From Eledone cirrhosa (taxonomy: Eukaryota): DNA of 64,000 nucleotides. The position numbers were made by a program, and so were the translations under genes. Where the stretch lies: contig OZ024756.1 of assembly GCA_964016885.1 (NCBI GenBank), positions 24,180,001 to 24,244,000 of the forward strand, written 5' to 3'. The notes beneath the pieces are model-generated. The model worked only from the letters and a program-made list of their open reading frames with translations. It was not told the origin of the DNA and ran no database searches. The first letter of the stretch is position 1, and every line of letters starts with the position of its first letter. This document shows, piece after piece, positions 57,222 to 64,000 of the stretch.

Positions 57222-58737
57222 GCTTAGCCCATCCCCTCTCTCGGTTTGAACACAACCGATTTCTTCCCGAGAAGGCGAGAGAAATAGATAGAAAGGCGTA
57301 AGAAAATATCGATCCCAATACTGAACTGGTATTGGAGGGGGTACCAACATCTAAAGAATGAAGGATAAAATTGTCCTCGGTGGGATTTGAACTCAGAGAG
57401 TGCAGAGAGCCGGAACGAATCCTGCAAAGCATTCTATCCAACCTTCATACGACTCTACCATTACACAATGCAATGACCCAAATTGTTGTTAATTCTATTG
57501 CAACATAATCTTTGTGACAATCTCACTTGCAGCATCGCCGACTCTGAAATAAAACACCAACTACTTGATTAAATTTTTACTATAAATGCTACTTGTATAA
57601 TTGCTACTAATATAATTGCTGTATGGTCTCTTTACGTTCTGAGTTCAAATCCCGCTGAGGTTAGCTTTGCCTTTCATTCTTATGGGGTCGATAAAATAAA
57701 ATGTCAGCAACGCACTGGGGTCGATTTAATCGACTTTTCTCCACAAAAAAAAATTGATGACCTTGTGCCTAAATGAGAAATCATTATAACTGTATGACAC
57801 TATCTCAACTACAATACACCTCCAATTTTCACCTGTATTGCTAAACGAACTCCTTAACCACACAACAATCCATTTATTTATTCCATATATTTCACATATT
57901 TAACCCTTTCGTTACCATGTTTCTAATCAAATACACAATCAAAATGTTTCAAATAATTTAGAAAATAATAAAGAAAAAAAAATTATAAACTACTATAACT
58001 AATTTTTTTTTTGTTATTAAGTTGTTGTTTGGTACATTGCGTAACAAAAAGTTCTTCCATAAAATAATGATGGAAGTTTTTCGTATAAGTATGAATACTT
58101 GAATTGGCAAAGTTGTTAGAACGGCGGATAGAATGCTTTGTGGTATTCGTTTCGGGTTTCTGCTCTCTGAGTTTAAATCCCGGCGAGATCAACTTTGCTT
58201 TCATGATTTCGGTGTCGATAAAAAAAATACCAGTCTAGTACTGGGGTTCGATTCTTCCTCTACGTCTCTTTCTTACTTCCATTCTTTCACAAGCTCTATC
58301 TTTCTCTGGAAGAAATCTGCTCTACTCAGACCTGGAGAGAGATGGGCTTCGCCAGGTTTTAAAGTGTCCAACGAACGCCGTATTTCAATATGGTGCCCCT
58401 TCGACTCCATCAGGAGTTCTGGTACCATGCATGCATGAGCACTTAAAACAGACGATTTTGTATCAAATCCGAAGCGGTTTTGGTGGATTGTTTATCAAAA
58501 GAATTATTATATATTTTTATAACGAAAAACAAACAATTTTTTTTTTTTTTCGGAAACGAGAAATTAAATAAAAATAAAAGAAAGCGAAAGACAAAAAAAC
58601 TAGGAGTGGTGAAAAAATAAGAGAAAATAATAACACAAGTGAAGATTTTTTCCTGTTTTAACAAAATAAAAAAACTGCACCAACAGCAATAAATAATAGG
58701 TTGAGAGAAGTATTACTTATTTATATTTATATATATT

Positions 58738-58768
<31 letters not shown>

Positions 58769-58981
58769 ATTTATATTTATATATATATATTTATATTTAT
58801 ATATATTTATATTTATATATATTTATATTTACATATATTTATATTTATATATATTTATATTTATATATATTTATATTTACATATATTTATATTTATATAA
58901 AAACAAATAACGAAACGAAATTAAATTTCGTTTCGTTTGTAACACTTTTGTATGACTGACTTAATTATATTTATATATATT

Positions 58982-59014
<33 letters not shown>

Positions 59015-59027
59015 TTATATATATATA

Positions 59028-59094
<67 letters not shown>

Positions 59095-59262
59095 TATATT
59101 CATCTCTATATCTCTTACACTTTCTCTTCCTCGTCTATTATTCTTACTAGTTCTGTCCTCCTCCCATACACTCACCCTTTTTCTCTCGTATTACTTTTTA
59201 CTCTTTCTTTCTCTATCTCTTTCCCCCCTCACTATCTATCTATCTCTCCATTACACTATATC

Positions 59263-59313
<51 letters not shown>

Positions 59314-59425
59314 CGTATTACTCTCACCCTTTCTCTTCCTCGCCTTTTACTTTTATCCTTTCTCATTTCCCTATTACTTTTAGTCTTTCTCTTTTATCTC
59401 CTGTTACTCTTACTCGTTCTCCCAG

Positions 59426-59463
<38 letters not shown>

Positions 59464-59569
59464 ATTCTTCAGCTCTCCACACTTCTTTACCTTTACTTAC
59501 ATTTTCCTCTTTTCATTTGTTTATTTTCATTTTTACTTTTTTCCCACCTCTCTCTCTCTCTCTCTCTCC

Positions 59570-59616
<47 letters not shown>

Positions 59617-61007
59617 TACACACACATACACACACCTCTCCCTCCCTCTCTCTCTCTCCCACACATCTCTCCCTCTTTCTCTCTCACTCTTTCTCTCTCT
59701 CCCATACCTCTCCCTCTCTCTTTCTCTCTTTCTCTCCCACACACCTCCCCCCTCTCTCTATCCCACACCTCTCTCTCCCACACCTCTCTCTCCCACACAC
59801 CTCTCTCTCTTTCCCGTTTGTGTTACTTTTTTCTCTATCCCGTTCAGTTAATAGAAATAAAACCACGGGTACAAAAGTGAAACCTTTAGGCTAGACATAA
59901 GTCTCTATAAACCGGAATTTAAGTACAATGGCAAATAACTAACTGGACTTTGTTATTATAATATATTCTTGGTTGTATATACACTTTATTTTGTCGACCT
60001 CGACCTTGTAAGGATGAAAAACAAAGCTGACTTCGGCGGGATTTGAACTCAGAACATAAAGGGAAGTAATTATATGCCGCAAATATGAATTGCATAAACC
60101 CATGGCCAGTCATGACCAAAAGGTGGTGTTTATTAGTCAAGCTATGAATATTTTTAAACTGTAATCATTATATCACAAGCTATGAGTGTAGTGAAGGTAG
60201 AGTGGTTTAGTGGTTTAGTGCGTAGTTCAGCTCCTGAGTCTGATTCACGGTGAAGTGTTGTGTTTTTGAGCAAGACATTTTTTTTCGCCTTGTTCCAATC
60301 CCACACAGCTGGCAAAAAAAAGAAGAAAACTATGGGTTTTACTTGTAATTCAAAGGGCCAGTCGTGTTACACATTCTGTCATGTTGAATCTCCATGAGAA
60401 TTACGTTAAAGGTACACGTATCTGTGGAATGCTCAGGTTAATTTCATGAGCAGGCTGTTCCGATGATCAGACAACGGATCAACCGACGGCGGCTCAAGAC
60501 ACATATTTAAGAAATGTTAGTGTTTTTTAGTTTTTCTCCCATGTCTTTATAAATAAGTTTCCACTACATTTTTAGTTCTTTTTCTGAAATCTAAATCGTC
60601 TGTAATATATAGAAGAGTACCTTTCATCCATTCGAGGTACCAGTCTAGTATTGGGGTCGATTCTTCCTCTTGCTCAATTCCTTTCTCTCACACTGTCCCC
60701 TCTCTGGTATTCAGACCTGGAGAGAAGATGCGCTCCGACAGGTTTAAAACAGGCCATAGAAACGCCGTATGTCAATATGGCACCCCTACGGCTCCCTCAG
60801 ATTACAGGTCCATACTTTACCATATAGTACAGGCCCCTTGCCTAAGGGGCCACACAGTAAAGAGTGAACCCAGGACCGGAGCACGTCCTTTAGAGGTCCT
60901 TAACACTTAAAAGTTTATGCTACCCCCACCCCCACATATTTAAAGTTAGCAAAAGAATTTGTTGGGGGTGGGAGGAATGACAATTACATTTAATTTGAAT
61001 AAAATTC

Positions 61008-62266
61008 TGCCCTTCTTCCGTTGATATCCTAAACTATTTGTTTATGGAGCCCTTCTTCCTTTGACATCCTAAAGTATGTATTTAGGATGCCCTTCTTCTC
61101 TTGACACCCTAAAGTATGTGTTTAGGGTGTCCTTCTTCCCTTGACACCTTAAAGTATGTTTATGGAGCCCTTCTTCTCTTGATATCCTAAAGTATGTCCT
61201 TCCCTTGATACCCTAAAGTATGTGTTTAGGGTGTTCTTCTTCCTTTGATACCCTAAACTATGTGTTTATGGAGCCCTACTTCTCTTGATACCCTAAAGTA
61301 TGTGTTTAGGATGTCCTTCCCTTGATATCCTAAAGTATGTGTTTAGGGTGTTCTTCTTCCTTTGATACCCTAAACTATGTGTTTATGGAGCCCTACTTCT
61401 CTTGATACCCTAAAGTATGTGTTTAGGATGCCCTTCTTCCCTTGATACCCTAAAGTATGTGTTTAGGATGCCCTTGTTCCCTTGATACCCTAAAGTATGT
61501 GTTTAGGATGCCCTTCTCTTGATACCCTAAAGTATGTTTATGGAGCCCTTCTTCTCTTGATATCCTAAAGTATGTGTTTAGGATGTCCTTCCCTTGATAC
61601 CCTAAAGTATGTGTTTAGGATGCCCTTCTTCCCTTGATACCCTAAAGTATGTGTTTAGGATGCCCTTCTCTTGATACCCTAAAGTATGTTTATGGAGCCC
61701 TTCTTCTCTTGATATCCTAAAGTATGTGTTTAGGATGTCCTTCCCTTGATACCCTAAAGTATGTGTTTAGGATGCCCTTCTTCCCTTGATAGCCTAAAGT
61801 ATGTGTTTAGGGTGTCCTTCTTCCCATGACACCTTAAAGTATCTTTATGGAGCCCTTCTTCTCTTGATATCCTAAAGTATATCCTTCCCTTGATACCCTA
61901 AAGTATGTGTTTAGGGTGTTCTTCTTCCTTTGATACCCTAAACTATGTGTTTATGGAGCCCTACTTCTCTTGATACCCTAAAGTATGTGTTTAGGATGTC
62001 CTTCCCTTGATACCCTAAAGTATGTTGATGGAGCCCTTCTTCTCTTGATACCCTAAACTATGTGTTTATGGAGTCCTACTTCCCTTGATACCCTAAAGTA
62101 TGTTTATGGAGCACTTCTTCTCTTGATATCCTAAAGTATGTGTTTAGGATGCCCTTCTTCCCTTGATACCCTAAACTATGTGTTTATGGAGCCCTTCTTC
62201 TCTTAATACTCTAAAATATGTGTTTAAGATGCCCTTCTCTTGATACCCTAAAGTATGTGTTTAAGG
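61008..62266. repeat. About 40-bp minisatellite with variant units and higher-order structure
   Basis: cccttcttcccttgataccctaaagtatgtgtttaggatg and variants, about 30 or more copies. Confidence 0.95.
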
Positions 62267-62709
62267 TCTCCGCCATGTTTAAAAAGACCAAGAGAGATTG
62301 TATGTCACTGCGGCGCCCGTATGACTCATCAGAAGTTACGGATTCATACATACATACATCCATCCATACATACATCCATACATCCATACATACATACATA
62401 CATACAGCCATACGTACATCCATCCATACGTACATACATCCATACATACATACATCCATACATACATCCATACATCCATACATACATACATCCATACATG
62501 CATACATACATACATACATGCATACATACATACATACATGCATACATACATACATACATACATACATACATACATACATGCATACATACATACATACATG
62601 CATACATACGTACCACACACATCCTCACTAACCACTACGCCCACACGACAATCAACTATTTGTCACTTTGCTGCTAAGTACATTGTACTCAATTTATCTT
62701 ATCTGTGGC

Positions 62710-63036
62710 TTACAACTACTACAACAACAACAACTACTACTACTACTGATACTACTACTACTACTACTACAACCACCTCTACTACCACAACCACTACTTC
62801 TACTACAACCACCACCATCGGCGCCACTACTACCATTACTACTAACACTAATAACAACCTCACCGCCCCCCACTAAAATTAATAGCACCATCACCACATC
62901 ACCGACACCAACACCACTGCTACTACTACCACCACTACCAAAACTACTACTACTACCCCCACCACTACCATCAACACCACTACAATTACTACTACTACTA
63001 CTACTACTACTATTGCTACTACTACTGCTGCTGCTG

Positions 63037-63079
<43 letters not shown>

Positions 63080-63171
63080 CACTACTATTACTATTACTAC
63101 TACCACTACTATTACTACTATTACTACTACTACTATTACTACTACTACTACTACCACTGCTGCTGCTGCTA

Positions 63172-63212
<41 letters not shown>

Positions 63213-63213
63213 A

Positions 63214-63272
<59 letters not shown>

Positions 63273-63282
63273 ACTACTACTA

Positions 63283-63361
<79 letters not shown>

Positions 63362-63396
63362 CGCTACTATTACTACTACTACTACCACTACTACCA
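62710..63396. repeat. (CTA)n/(CTG)n trinucleotide tract
   Basis: Visible directly; gives the poly-Leu and poly-Val ORFs in the track. Confidence 0.95.
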
Positions 63397-63623
63397 TTGG
63401 ATCAAAAAAGGTATTATTTACTTTATTGGAGGAAACAAAGATAAGACAGAAAGACGGGAGAGAGAAAGAGAGAGAGAGGGACAGACAGACAGACAGAGAC
63501 AATGTGTGAGAGAGAGAGAGAGAGAGAGAGAGGGACAGACAGACAGACAGAGACAATTTGTGTGAGAGAGAGAGAGAGAGAGACAAATAGACAAACAGAG
63601 ACAATGTGAGTTTGTGTGAGAAT

Positions 63624-63659
<36 letters not shown>

Positions 63660-63719
63660 GCAGACAGACAGACAGACAGAGACAATGTGTGTGAGAGAGA
63701 GAGAGACAGGGACATGGTG

Positions 63720-63755
<36 letters not shown>

Positions 63756-64000
63756 ACAAGGTGTGTGAAAAAGAGAATGAGCGGTGTTTTGCGTTTCCTC
63801 CACCACCGCCGCCACCAACACCACCATCCCCAACCACTACCACCACCACCTCCACCACCACCACCACCACCACCACCACCACCACCACTACCACCACCGC
63901 CGCCACCAACACCACCATCCCCAACCACTACCACCACCACCACCGCCACCACCACCACCACCACCACCACCACCACCACCACCACCACCACCACCACCAC

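Noticed and set aside
61095-61130. CCCTAAA/TTTAGGG telomere-like heptamers
   Set aside because: Single motifs within satellite units, not tandem telomeric repeats.
62293-62340. Minus-strand CTGATGA with a gtcat/gtgac stem
   Set aside because: Could be the 5' half of a hammerhead, but GAAA and the cleavage arm are absent.
62668-64000. Poly-Leu, poly-Val and SL-rich ORFs
   Set aside because: Trinucleotide and (GA)n repeat artefacts.

Overview
This is an AT-rich, microsatellite-dense eukaryotic window. The repeat landscape (tRNA/CORE SINEs, long (TA)n/(TACA)n tracts, CR1 and RTE LINEs) resembles an octopus or other cephalopod genome; that assignment is inference. Two host genes are supported. 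The first is the 5' part of a multi-exon cadherin-repeat gene on the minus strand: nine phase-compatible exons from a signal-peptide exon at about 18.5 kb run off the left edge and encode at least six complete EC repeats. The second is an intronless FoxQ2-like forkhead gene (32695-34227, +). A CR1-group LINE with an uninterrupted APE+RT ORF2 and a CCCH zinc-finger ORF1 lies antisense in a cadherin intron. Its ORF2 has no AUG before the endonuclease domain and overlaps ORF1 in the -1 frame across two canonical slippery heptamers. The most notable unannotated signal is a set of short non-coding insertions in (TA)n tracts that carry type I hammerhead ribozyme motifs from several sequence families, often in inverted arrangements. 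One is a 310-nt retrozyme-like repeat whose array begins at the predicted self-cleavage site, and another has a compensatory U3:A8 catalytic core. The rest is SINEs, MITEs, LINE fragments (CR1, RTE, CRE), minisatellites and a roughly 3.3-kb fold-back. Most ORFs in the supplied track are microsatellite artefacts.
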